Part shown: piece by piece, positions 25,191-37,144 of the stretch
Layout: the number at the start of each line of letters is the position of its first letter
Position numbering within the stretch: position 1 is the first letter of the stretch
Assembly: GCA_002633005.1 (NCBI GenBank)
Contig: NMRA01000324.1
Location: forward strand, 441,891-505,890
Direction of reading: 5' to 3'
Length of the DNA: 64,000 bases
Origin: Phoronis australis
Taxonomy: Eukaryota; Animalia; Phoronida
Program-made: the position numbers and the translations under genes
The notes under the pieces: generated by a model
The model's input: the letters and a program-made list of their open reading frames with translations, nothing else
What the model was told of the DNA's origin: nothing
Database searches by the model: none

Positions 25191-27289
25191 AATGTCGTCT
25201 GTGCACTCCTTCTCAGTTTCTGTTATTCCGCTGATTACAACGCAGTTTCGGCGGCTATACTGTTCAAGCTCATCCAAATCAGATTCCAACCTATGTATCT
25301 GGGAGCCACTTTCTTGCTTCAACTTGTCGAGTTGATTTTCAAGTGTTGTTATTTTTTATCCTTTTCAGCAATTTTTGATCGTGTTGAAGCTCTAGTGCTT
25401 TATACATTTCAGACAAACCAGCTTCAATTAAGGGCTTTATCATGAATGTAAACAGTGACTGGATATCTGAGTCCATGAATGCCTCTTTTAGTTCATATTT
25501 CAATGACCGAGTCTTCTTGGTGACATTTTGTCCCTTTCCTGTCAATATGGCGTCCATTGTCGGTTGCTTTAGAAGTTTTTATGACGTCGAAGCTCGGAGT
25601 TCACTAGAGTTTCGGCTTGGTGTTCTTTTTCTGCCACTTGTCGGGGTCTGGTCGTTATGTCTAATCCTGTGAGATGAATTACTGTCGGTTCTTTCTTCAA
25701 ACTATATAAATTTCGTTACTGTTAGATGGGAGAGTCCGCACAAGTCAGAAAACCAACCTTCCCGCCATGAGGGTCACGTGTAATCCAAAAAAGTGAAAGT
25801 TGCAGGTAACTGTGTGCGGCGCGTTGAACAGGTTTCCACCAAGGTGACAAGGCAGGTTTGGTTGGGGCAGGACTCCATTAACGGAGAAATGAGAGTTACA
25901 CAGCTACATGGGTATGGAGAGTGAAGCCAAGAGGGTATTGAAAAGGGAAAGGGACGCTTTTATTTGCACCCAGAAGCTAAAATCATCGCTCTTTCACTAA
26001 GCAGATGGGCTCATATCTATATTACAAACTTGTATGACCTTTTATTTAAAAAATGCCACCTACATGTAGAAAATAAATAGTGAACACTTGAGGGAGTTAC
26101 ACTTGTATTTGTTTCATTGTGTGTAGTCTAGTCAGTTAAAGCCACTTTTTAAACGATTCGTTTATTGTGAAAATTGTTTTTGCGCTCTTTCAAAAAAACA
26201 AAAGAGAAATTTTATATAGCAATTATTTCGCTGCCATCTTCGAATTGAGGATGGCGACGGTGAAAATTGAACTACCTTTTCTGTGAATATATAGAAGATT
26301 GAAATTGTTGTTTGTCGTATGAGTACCGTGACAACTTAAACAGCTTGATAGTATGGAACTAGGAAATCTCTCTTAAAAACTGTAAAAATTAAGTTGTTAA
26401 TTGCAGTGTTTGAATGAAATTAGTGCATGGATACCAGTCACATACTAATTTTTAGAGCACTGAGCTTACGTACTTTAGCAAAACGCTGGATGCCGTGTTA
26501 TTAGGATATTGATTACAATAACATAGGCTAAGAGGTACACGTAATTCGCGTTCTTGTTAATAGCTTCCAAACGTTGTTGAAATATTACATCAAGAAAATT
26601 TCAAGTGCAACGTAGTCATGGTATTTGTAATTTATTTATTTATTCACTTGTTGACTGCAATGTCCAATAACTGTAAAACTTTAAAAAATTGTGAATACTT
26701 GACTATTGCACGACAACAAAATGGTAATTGTCAATGACTTGCCAAAAATCGGCTGCTCACTCTAGTAAACCCACCCTAAAGTAAGACTTGTTGAAGCAAG
26801 TTGACAAGTTACATATTAATATTTAATAACGTTAATTGCCCCCCCACAAGTTGGCATTCATCACGTAAAACTTGTATCAGTAACTCTAACCGGCTCAGCT
26901 TAGAGAAAACGATAAAATAAATGGCAAAGGAAGGAGATGATTGTTCATAAACACAACATAAAACTGATGGAGGGATAACTAATACGTCCAGATGATTGTG
27001 GTATAATTGACGAGAGTGAAAAACAGCTCAAAAAAGACGCCTTCAATTGACATGCGACACTACAGGAAGATAGTTGTCAGCCAGCTAGCCAGCCAGATGG
27101 CTGAAGCCTATCGTCAAAATACAGCTAGGTACCTCTGAGTGTTCAGCGTAGAATTTACAGACAGGCCAGGAATTGCTACTTGTCACCTCGCCGTGAACTT
27201 GTATCAACACGTGGAGCTAAAGACCAGCGCTGGTCAATGCAAAACATGATACTAAATTTGCCCGTTACAGCAATGAGGATAAAATCAGT

Positions 27290-27410
27290 CTAATAAACGT
27301 CATTTTCTTGCGTAATTCTCTGCCTCTTGTACCAAAGAAAAGCATATTGTGGTTTTGAAAACAATATGCTCCCGACATAAGCCTGCAACATTTCCCAGAC
27401 TTCTGCGACG
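27290..27410 (-). repeat. Inverted fragment of a dispersed repeat also seen at ~2500-3190, 29840-30050/42925-43400 and ~61000-61670
   Basis: ATAAACGTCATTTTCTTGCGTAATTCTCTGCC is nearly the reverse complement of 43110-43140 and 2910-2938. Confidence 0.65.
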
Positions 27411-27960
27411 CTTTTGTGACTCACCAGAACCTTCTAGTCGGACAACAATCTGCCTGCTTTTGATTTTAGACATTTGAGTTCCTTGTCACTGATTTTAATA
27501 TTAGCATTGCTGTCTTTCCTATACACAACAGGCAGTATCTCGGCACAAAAGCTAAATAAGCATGATGAAACACGATCAACCTGAGGACAACCTCAGCTGA
27601 TTGTGAAACCTAAGCCGCGTTGACTTACACTAAAACCAGCACCGTCATTGAGAAGATGGCTCTAAATATGCCCAAAATTTAAAAAGAACAAAATGTGGAA
27701 AATTTAGTACTTGAATAGGTGCATCAATTTTGTGCTTTTACAGACCGCTCTCGATCTATTTAATATCTTCTGACAATCGGTCCAAACAGTATGATATTGT
27801 GCTCACACTGTACCTTCTGGTTGAATCATTGAAAGTTTTAATTCTGTCCATTCCTCCCCTTCCCGTACCGTCTGTATCTTCCACTCCTCTATCCCTCTAC
27901 CTAACTTTGCATCGGTACATTGTATGTCACAATCCGCATGTTTTTTTCCAACTTGTATAG

Positions 27961-28278
27961 GCTTTTTGGGAGGTCCGTCGCATTCTCAGGAGGGTTTGCC
28001 AGGGTGCTTCAAAGATACAAGTCACGAAAGAGATTTGATTGAGCGCATTTACACCGGGAAGAAGAACACTAAAGAGTATTGTACTCGATTGTGTGGAGCT
28101 AAAAAGTACGTCTACGCAGCAGTACAAAATGGTGACACGTGTTGGTGCGGCAATATATATGGGCGATTTGGAAAAGTTGGAGATGACGAATGCAATGTCA
28201 AAAAGTGCACGGGGAAATCAGCAGAGTATTGTGGCGGCCACATGAGAAATTATATTATGGAAACGAATGAAAAACATG
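27961..28278 (+). CDS. Internal exon encoding a WSC carbohydrate-binding domain (host gene; other exons not identified)
   Basis: Acceptor ttttttccaacttgtatag, donor G|gtaagt; 318 bp, phase 1-1. GCFKD..RDL..NT.EYCTRLC...YVYAAVQNGDTCWCGN..DECNVKKCTG...YCGG..RN gives the 8-Cys WSC pattern with no stops. Confidence 0.88.
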
Positions 28279-29839
28279 GTAAGTGCATGCATTCAGCACC
28301 GCCATCAAGTAAATATTTTTAACTTCTTATCTGGATTTATTATCAAACAAATCGATGCTTGCGGTTTTGCGGAAGGTACGAGTCATTTTGGTTGGTGATA
28401 TGCATCACCTCAAGAGTACCATCAGGCAATTGATGATTACCCAATAATATAACGGAATTTAGATTCAAACAATTGATAATTGTCGGCTATACACAACGCA
28501 TGTGAGTTGAGCTGGAAGCAGAAGATGAGTGACGTCATCATGTGTACATTTCCCGACTTTCCCCAGCAGTCATGGTGGTATTGGCCCAATCCTGGGTATT
28601 TGCTGCTTCTTACCGCGTGTACCGCATACTGCTTTACGTTTCTGGGCCAATTGTGGCCCAATACCGTTCAACGACAGCTACCGAGTTAACCCTTCCGTAC
28701 TGCCCACCCAGTAAACACCCGCTACTGGCTTTCTAATGCTTGAGCGGTAAACACCAAGTTGAAAACGTGAGGGCTGTTTCAGGCTTGCCCAGAAGAGGGC
28801 ACTTATTCTTTTAACACTAAAAACAACAAAGTTTCCTTTAAAAATTTACCATCAGATGTGTGACAGTATTTTTTTTAAGTTTTCATGAAAGAAAACTTAA
28901 TTACCAGCACTTGTGACACAGGGTAAATTTATACTTTTAAGAAAAATGTCGACTTGTGACTCTCATTAAAAAACCGCCATTTTCAAATTATTATTGAAGA
29001 ACAATTGAGTTGTTTAGAGATTGTCTACAGTTTGAAACCAGCGTGTGTGACAGAATCGTGAAGGATTTCTACAGTGAACTTCAGATTTCTGGTAAGTTTC
29101 GTATTTCTTTACTTTTAATGCTGTGCCAGTGTCTGTATACAATACTTGATTCATAGCACATACGTCTCAGCTTCTGATCGTTTCCAATATAAATTACAAT
29201 ATAGTACAAGATATGACACTCGGGATTAGGAATTCCACGCGTGCTTCACTTCAGCCACCCCTATCAAACACAGAAATCAATAAATGTACACAAAACAGGG
29301 GTCCACCTTACCACCAGTAATTGTTTTTTTTTTCTTCTGATACCATTTAAGCAATTTTGGTGTCCTGCTCCAGCGAGTTTGCAACAAATTCTCAATCAAA
29401 GCACAAAATGTGTTCCTAAAACTTGATGCATACTGTCAATGTGCCACTCAGAAATTGCGAATTCGTCAGGGAAGGTCAAGACACGAATAACTCAACCTTT
29501 TTCTAGATCATTTTGTAATCTTCGACGATGAATCGGCAGTTGCTGCCCATCCGTAAGTCATCGAAAAAATCTATATCGACTTGCGTCGGACGCATTGACA
29601 GTACGCAACTGCTTTTTGGCCAAAATTTTGTTCTTCTACCCCGAATTTGTGGTGCACTCGCTTTCCAAAGCAGGACACTGAAAATTCTATCAAAAGAAAG
29701 ACTTGTGATCATGGTGTGCTGAAACCTAGCTTTGGTACAAAGCTGTGTGCATAAGTATACAGCTTTGCACCGATGTGGGTAAAAAGGTGGTAAGATAAAT
29801 TTGTGACACAAAATTAGTGTAATTAAAAACTACAATCTT

Positions 29840-30050
29840 CCTTGAGTGAACTAAATTATTTATCGGTGTTGGAAAAATGGCGTTCTATCGTTATTCTGCT
29901 GCTAAAGTTGCGGAGCGATCTTTAGCGACCGCTTTCGGCGCCATGAAATATTGCGTCACCTATTGGCCACTTTCTTTTTTCGCCGATTCTTCAATCAACT
30001 GTTGTTCTTTCACAAAGTTAAGTACACGTCACAATAAATTATCGGAACTG
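29840..30050 (+). repeat. Dispersed repeat, left half (continues at 42925-43400) interrupted by the Harbinger element
   Basis: The joined flanks ATCGGAACTG|GTTTCGCTTCATTATA match the uninterrupted ATCAGAATTGGTTTCACTTCATTATA at ~2728 and ~61213. Confidence 0.8.
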
Positions 30051-31306
30051 GGCCCGGTGCCTAATGTCCGACTCGAACTCGAACTCGGACTCGAAATCTC
30101 ATTTTCAACTCGACTGGATTCCAAACTCGAAATAGGCGTTATGTGCCTAATGTCAGACTCGAAAATTTTTTGACTCGAAATTTGGAGTTTTGACTCCAAA
30201 TTTCAAGTTTGCTAAGCTAGCGTACTTCAAATCGCACTCGAAAATAAAAAAATGGCAGACGTTAGACATTATTTAAGAAATAGAGGTAGAGAAAGGGCAT
30301 TCGCTGCGATACGAAGACCACTTCCAGACCCAAACCCGTTGGAGAGCCTGAGTAGCGAGGAAGTATTCCGTAGGTACCGCTTCCTACCCAACACCATAGT
30401 CTTCATATTAAATCTAATCAGTCTAAACCAATATCACAGCAACACATCGTTACCGCCTCTTTACAAACTCCTCCTGACCCTCCGCTTCCTCGCCTCAGGC
30501 TCTCATTACACCCTCATCGGGGAATCTCTGATGTATGGAAAATCGACAGTGGGACGAGCAATCCGTCAAGTTTGCTGTGCACTGATAAAGACCGCCGGCC
30601 ACTTTGTGGCATTTCCAACGGGAGATAGTGCAAGAATAACCTAGTGCCGGTTTTCTGAGTTGTCAGGTAAATATGGATCATTTCTGAATTGTTATTTACT
30701 GAGAGTGAGCGGGATTTTCGGCCACACGTTAAACACGAACACTAACGCTTGAGGGCGTCGTTGTTTGTTTATAAGTTGACCTATATTTCCGCGCTCAGCC
30801 TTTGTAAATTTGCCGAACAACGTGGGCGGAGATGGCTTCGTCATCGTGAGTTTTGTGGTCAATTTATCGTGAAAGTTCGTTAAATGTGACCCCTTTAACA
30901 GTTTTAGAAAGTTAAGTCAACCATAAGACAAATGCCACTTAGTGCATTTGCCTTATTCGGATCAATGTTTGAAACATGACCTCTGTTCTGATCCACAAGG
31001 CACTGGTGACTATCGTGTGTCTCGTCGACTTGCAATGTTGCTGATAGATTCATTTCCCAGCCACAACAGGCGGTAATAATCATTGGTGGCACAGAAAAAG
31101 GCAGTGTTTAATGAAAAGAACAGAGAGAGATACTTTGATACGAAATACCCACAACAAACAGGAGCCACAGTTTCTTTTCGAGGCTCGTCAATGTCAATTT
31201 TGGTGTCAGAAAAGACAACTTAGGACTTCAATTTTTAGATAGCTTTTGCGGGGCAATGTCACTTCCATTGCTGCTCGGACCCCTCAGTTTCCGGCAAGTC
31301 TCTCAG

Positions 31307-31444
31307 CAGTCCTGTAGTGGTAAAATTAGAGGTAAGTAGGCGCCCAAAGCCCACCGTATCACCTCGAGCACTGAACGTAACTTACGGTGCGTAGGCGCTA
31401 TGGTTGGCTGCACCTACGTGCGCCTACGCCCCACTACAGCACTG
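31307..31444. mobile_element. 138-bp hAT-type MITE with 8-bp TSD TCTCTCAG, in transposase intron 1
   Basis: CAGTCCTGTAGTGG ... CCACTACAGCACTG; TSD at 31299-31306 and 31445-31452. Confidence 0.85.
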
Positions 31445-32909
31445 TCTCTCAGTCTTCTAGCTGGCACTCAGTAGCTGACGGTCGCAACTGACAAACTCCA
31501 CCGCCCAGTATATTTCTACTTTGCTGAGATACTTTTAACATATCGGAATTCTGAGAAAGTGGCACTGAGACGTAGCCAAAGTACAATAAGTGACACTGTG
31601 TTCTTTTCAAAACAATCAATTTTACATTTTGTTCATTGAATTGCCCCAGGTTGGACCTATTATTCGTGTTGTACCTGTAGCAGAAGCTCTCTAGTAATGG
31701 TTATGATGTAGCATTTTTTAATCATAACATACAGCTTATTTTAAAAAAATGTTTGCTTGGTTTGTGTTCCATACAATCCTATTAACCCGAGATCCTTTCA
31801 CATTTACTGATTTTGATGTAACACTCGTGATACATACATTCATTGTTTATGACATTTTTAATTCGATTTTATCACAGGTTTCCCGAATGTGTTAGGTGCA
31901 ATAGACTGTACCCACATCAGAATTCAGAAACCGGCAGAGGGAAATTCAAATGTCTTTGTGAACCGAAAGATGTTACATAGTGTTAATGTCCAGGTAAATC
32001 CAATGTGCTAAAATTTGTAGAACCACTTTTCCACTCTGTTTTGCTGCAGTCTCTCTTTTCCTTTTATATATACACTTAATGTTTAAATTAAGTTCATCAT
32101 GTTACGACAAGTTATTGTTTGAACACTTTTACATACAATTAATAGAACCAAGAGAATCGTTTACATCTATGCTGGGCCTACTTACATTTAGCTTAGATCT
32201 CTCTCAGATGCTATCATTAATTTTATGAATATAACGAAATTCAAAGTAGTACATACATGTACTTTTGGCATAAGGAAATTATAACTTTACTAGCCAAGAA
32301 AACTGTCATAAAATATAAAATAGATCTTTAATTGAGGAAAGCCCACTGCTTTGCTATGAAATTGAATAAATGAATAGATTATTCATATGTAGCAGAGCCA
32401 ATCGGGCAGGTGTGGTGGCCACTGCACCAATATTTTTGGTATGAAAAGAGTGTTTTGAGTCTTTTATAATGCACCGAATGACGTGAGAATTCATATTTCC
32501 TTCCAATGTATAACTTAGCCTGTGAATATTAACTAGAAATTGGAGTAAAAGCCTTTTGAGTTTAAGAATTGTTGTTGAAATTTTCCAACTTCACATGATG
32601 TTGTGAATGACGGGTGTACATACAGGCGGGTCAGCGGCGTCAAATCCCTCATCGAAAAGTGCGAGGAAATGAATTGGTCGAGTCCCTTTTATTAGTATGA
32701 GCGTTAGAAAAGCTAGGCTCAGGATTTTGAACCATTCTTGACGGAAGGTGATAAAAATCCTTCAGAAACGTAACATGGTTCACTTTTGAGGTGGAACTTC
32801 AATGGAAGAAAATCTCAACAGCACCAGATAATATCACCGAAAGAGTAAGCGCCCTCTGCAAAACCGTATGTTCACCAAACTCAACAACAAAATGTATTTA
32901 ATGAACAAA

Positions 32910-34040
32910 TTTTTATGCGCCCACATATTTATATGTGGACGCATTATGCCGTCATCTCCGTCCGTCCGTCCGGGCGGCGTCCGGCGTCCGCTGCTCTATC
33001 TCCAAAACCCTTTGACATACGTTCATGAAATTTGGCACATGTGTTCCATTTATGAATGGGACGGCATGTGCAAACTTTCGGACAAATTCAACTACCGGTG
33101 TGCCCCCTAGTGGCAATTTTAATTTTTTACGCTTAACTTTGTATCTTCAAAAGTCCTGAACGGGTTTTCATGAAATTTGGTATGTAGGCACCTATTAGTG
33201 AGATGACGCTATCCTGTCGTTTTCAGATGGATTCGACATAGTTTGCGCCACCTAGTGGCCATGTTTGGTGTTTTCGAGTCTGTTTTTGTGCGTCCACCCC
33301 TCTATCAACCAAACCGCTCAAAGCATGATTGTGAAAATTGGCATGCATATGCTTACTATGTAGAGGACGGTTGACGATGATTTTCCGACGATTTCGACTA
33401 CTGTGGCGCCTCCTAGTGGCAGTTTTTTTGCGCCTAAGGCTGTATCTCCTAAACCGTTCGCAGGATCTTTACGAAATTGTGTAAGTATATTTACATGATG
33501 TTAACAACGGAAGATGACGACTTTTGGACGGATCCGACTACCGGTGTGCCCCCCAGTGGCAATTTTAATTTGTTTACGCTTACCTTTGTATCTTCACAAG
33601 TCCTTAACGGATTTTCATGAAATTTGGTATATAGGCACCTATTAGTGAGATGACGCTATCCTCCCGTTTTCAGATGGATCTGACATAGTTTGCGCCACCT
33701 AGTGACCATTTTTAGTGTTCTCGAGTCTGTTTTTATGCGTCCACCCCTCTATCAACCAAACCGCTCAAAGGATGATTGTGAAAATTGCCGTGTATGTGCT
33801 TACTATAAGGAAGACAGCTGACAACGATTTTCAGACGATGTGGACTACTGCTGCGCCTCCTAGTGGCAGTTTTGTTTTTTTTTGCGCCCATGGCTGTATC
33901 TCCCAAACCGTTTGCAGGATCTTTACTAAATTTAGCAAGTGTATTTATGTGATGTTGACAACGGACGATGACGACTTTAGAATGATTCTGACTACCGGTA
34001 TGCCTCTAGTGGCAATTTTAGTATTTTACATTGACCTCTG
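32910..34040 (+). mobile_element. HINE/DINE-1-type Helentron-associated element (second family), 3'-truncated
   Basis: T-run then TGCGCCCAC..GTGGACGCA inverted repeat, (GTCC)n microsatellite, and ~450-bp tandem units (CTACCGGT.TGCC near 33092, 33538, 33992). Confidence 0.75.
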
Positions 34041-36196
34041 TAGTTTCATAGGTCTTCAGGTGTATACTTTGTGTTACTTCGTGACTATGAAGGAAAAGTT
34101 CCAAGTAGAAATTTGTTTCTGGCATTCTAGTGCTGTGCTAATCTCGTATGTTGGTAAATTTGTTTTTAATTCTATGTTTCTGTGGTGCTTTCAGCAACTG
34201 GTGTATAGTATGTGGTTGTATTCTGAAGATTACTCACATTTTGCCCCTAGCCTATTGAGGAGACAGCAGGAGTTTTCGGAACTCGATGCTATGTCTACAA
34301 TTTGAACAAGGTATGCCTTATCAGTGTTGTATTTACAGGTGGTATTGCAAAGAGAGTGAGAAATAGCCAGGCATTAAAATCAGTAATAAAAACAGTGTTC
34401 GTATCACAAATTCATTGGGAAAAATGAGTGTTCTGCAATGTACTAAAGTGAATTTGTATGTGAAAATGATGGAGGGTATTATTTTCCTACGTCTTGCATG
34501 TTACCAAAAAAAACAAGGAAAACATCGGTTTTCGTATCACAAATATACTAAAGTGAATTTGTATAAGAAACATCACCATTTGTGTTCTTGAGCTGTTAAA
34601 TTTTAGCTTAAATAATAAATATTGGATAGATATTGGAGAAAACTTCATTACATGAGAAAACTGGCTTGCATTTAAGTTGGTTTTTCCAATTATTACTAAA
34701 ATAAAGGGTTCTCTCTTTGATAATAGTTATCAATAAACATTTACATTTATCTTCAATTGTCATTTCTGGTGGCTTTCTGTTAAAGAACACCCTAAATCAG
34801 AATGGACACTGCAGATGTTGCAAAAAGTGCCTTCTTTAACATAAATGGGGCTTTAGATCAAATAAATTACGCCAACTTGTCATGTTCATTTGTCTGAAAC
34901 ATGTTCTTTATATAAACTACCACAGCATTATAAAAATGTTAATATTTTCAGTTTGGTTACCATGGATCAGTTAAAAACACAAATACAGTGTTATTAACTT
35001 TATTTGTATTGACATGTGCGTTAACTTAAACAATTATATTGAATTATGGTAAAAACTTTTCAATTTTGTTCCAGAATCATTGTGAAAACTGACATTTTTG
35101 TTCAGGCTCAGTCAGTGGTAGTGGACCTCATTTTTCTTTGCCCCTGTTTAATGTTCACTTGTTAAATCATTGCAAATTAATTCCATGATAGCATGAAATT
35201 GTGCCAAATTGAAATAATGCAACTGACATCAAGGATTTCATTGTAATAATAGTTTTAATTTTTCTTTATTCAGGTGAACACAGAGGAATTTTGTTAGGAG
35301 ATTCGGGCTACCCTTGACGAACGTTTCTAATGACGCCATTTATTAATCCTGGTGATGATTCAGAGGTCCCTTTCAATAACGCATTATGAAGAGCGAGAGT
35401 GTTAATTGAGCAAACGTTTGGTATTTTAAAGCGCCGTTTCTCTTGTCTTCATGGTGAGTTGCGGGTATCTCCTCAACAGGCATGTCAATTTATTTACGCC
35501 TGCGCAATTCTGCATAACATTGGGATTGAACGAGGTGACATCTGTCCATCTGATGGAGAACCATTAGATCATGATGATGATGTCTTACAAGGTATTCCAG
35601 AGGATGTTGAGGATGGTAGGGAAGTTCGTAGACACATTGTTAATAATTATTTTTCCCAACCTTAATCTGAAAGTCATCATGTACTAATGGCTTTTCATCA
35701 CATGAACAGAGAGTGCACCTCTTTCATTTCTAATGTTGTGCATACCATAAAACCTGCTTTATAAGGTCATAGTCTAACATAAAACCCGTTACTTACATTT
35801 TCATATTCAGTTCCTGACTGCGTTGGATATTTGGAATATTGCACTCTTTATGCTTGATCGTCTCGACACCACATGTTTTCACGACTTATGAGGAACAACT
35901 TGACCAACAACATAAAAGTTTATCTGAGGCAATTTGCTGAACCCAGAGTCCATTTGCAAAGCGAATTATATTCTCAACATTAAAATAGAAGGATGAACAT
36001 CTAATCCAAATATGTCGATGGTCATATTGTTGTAAACTGGTGGAAGACTGGACAATTTGTTAAGCCATTTTGTTACTTTACTATAAATGCACTCACTGGC
36101 TTCAGCAGTGAAAACAGGGGTGGACTATCTCCTTATGCTGAACGTGCCAATCAATTTTATGAACAGACGACTCAAGTAAAGTCTGAAAATTGGTAG

Positions 36197-37144
36197 TTTT
36201 TATGCGCCCACATATTTATATGTGAACGCATTATGCCGTCATCTCCGTCCGTCTGGTGTCCACTGCTCTATCTCCAAAACCCTTTGACATACGTTCATGA
36301 AATTTGGCACATATGTTCCATTCTTGAATGGGACAGCATGAGCGAACTTTCGGACGGATCTAACTACCAATATGCCCTCTAGTGTCAATTTTAGTTTTTA
36401 CGCTTACCTTTGTATCTTCAAAATTCCTTTACGGAATTCCAAAAAAATTGACGATGACTTTCGGACAGATCTGACTACTGGTGTAGCCCCTGGTGGCAAA
36501 TTTAGGTTTTACATTTACCTCTGTATCTTCAAGGGTACTCGACCGATTTTTATAAAATTTTAAACACAGGTATCTGTTGGTGAGATGACGCTATCCTAGT
36601 TTTTGGATGGAATCAAGGTATTTTGTACCACCTAGTGGCCATATTTGCTGTTTTCGAGTCTGTTTTTTGGCGTCCAGCCCTCTATCAACCATATATGTTT
36701 TTGAAAATTGGCGCTTATGTTCTCTGTGTGAAGAGGATGGTTGACGATGACGACTTTGACTACTGTGGCTTCTGCAATAGTAGTTTTGTTTTGTTTTGCG
36801 CCTAAACCCACTGCTGGGTCTTTTTTAAATTTAGTAAGTGTATTTATATGAAGCTAACAACAGATAATGATGACTGTCAAGTGGATCCAATGAACACTGT
36901 GCCCTCTTGTGGCTGTTTTCATTTTTTTCAATTTTTCTTTGTTTCTCTGAAGGTCGGTGACAGATTTCTATGAAATTTGGTGAATAGCTTTCTATTAAAG
37001 AAGCTATGACATGTTCCCATTTTGGGATGGATTGTACATTTTTGCCCCATCTAGTGGTCATTTTAATGACCAATAAACAACCCTAAAAGCACACCGTTTG
37101 CAATGCATTCGTTGGCGTATTTCAACGCTCCGCGTTGCTCTTGT
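36197..37144 (+). mobile_element. HINE/DINE-1-type element, with both ends
   Basis: Same 5' end as 32910; 3' subterminal GTTGGCGTAT, hairpin CAACGC-TCC-GCGTTG and CTCTTG|TT. Confidence 0.8.

Larger units (their letters stand above)
18590..25770 (-). mobile_element. Near full-length but degraded L1/Tx1-clade LINE (ORF1, long spacer, APE-RT ORF2)
   Basis: ORF1 motifs ELEQYSRRNCVVISGI and IYVNENLTK..CWTYDGRI; EN start SLNCRGL..CLQDIH; RT IDFEKAFDSLSW, RGCRQGDPLSPY and QYADDT. Many frameshifts; ends approximate. Confidence 0.85.
30252..35665 (+). pseudogene. Harbinger DDE transposase pseudogene; exons 30252-30666, 31878-31993, [missing exon], 35274-35665
   Basis: [39 protein letters not shown] and LLGDSGYP..LMTP..RVLIEQTFGILKRRF..CAILHN. 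Stops at 30642, 35315 and 35387. Exon 2 ends phase 0 but the last exon starts phase 1, and no WPGSxHD exon was found. Confidence 0.92.

Noticed and set aside
33715-34305. 196-aa hydrophobic ORF
   Set aside because: It lies largely in HINE tandem units, has no domain signature and is closed in the sister units.
35315-35389. Two in-frame TGA codons at positions that may be Cys in homologues (selenocysteine or readthrough idea)
   Set aside because: Single substitutions explain them. The gene also has a TAG stop and a missing exon, and no SECIS was recognised.
30252-35665. Domesticated HARBI1 host gene
   Set aside because: It is enclosed by TIRs with a TSD, has three stops and lacks an exon.
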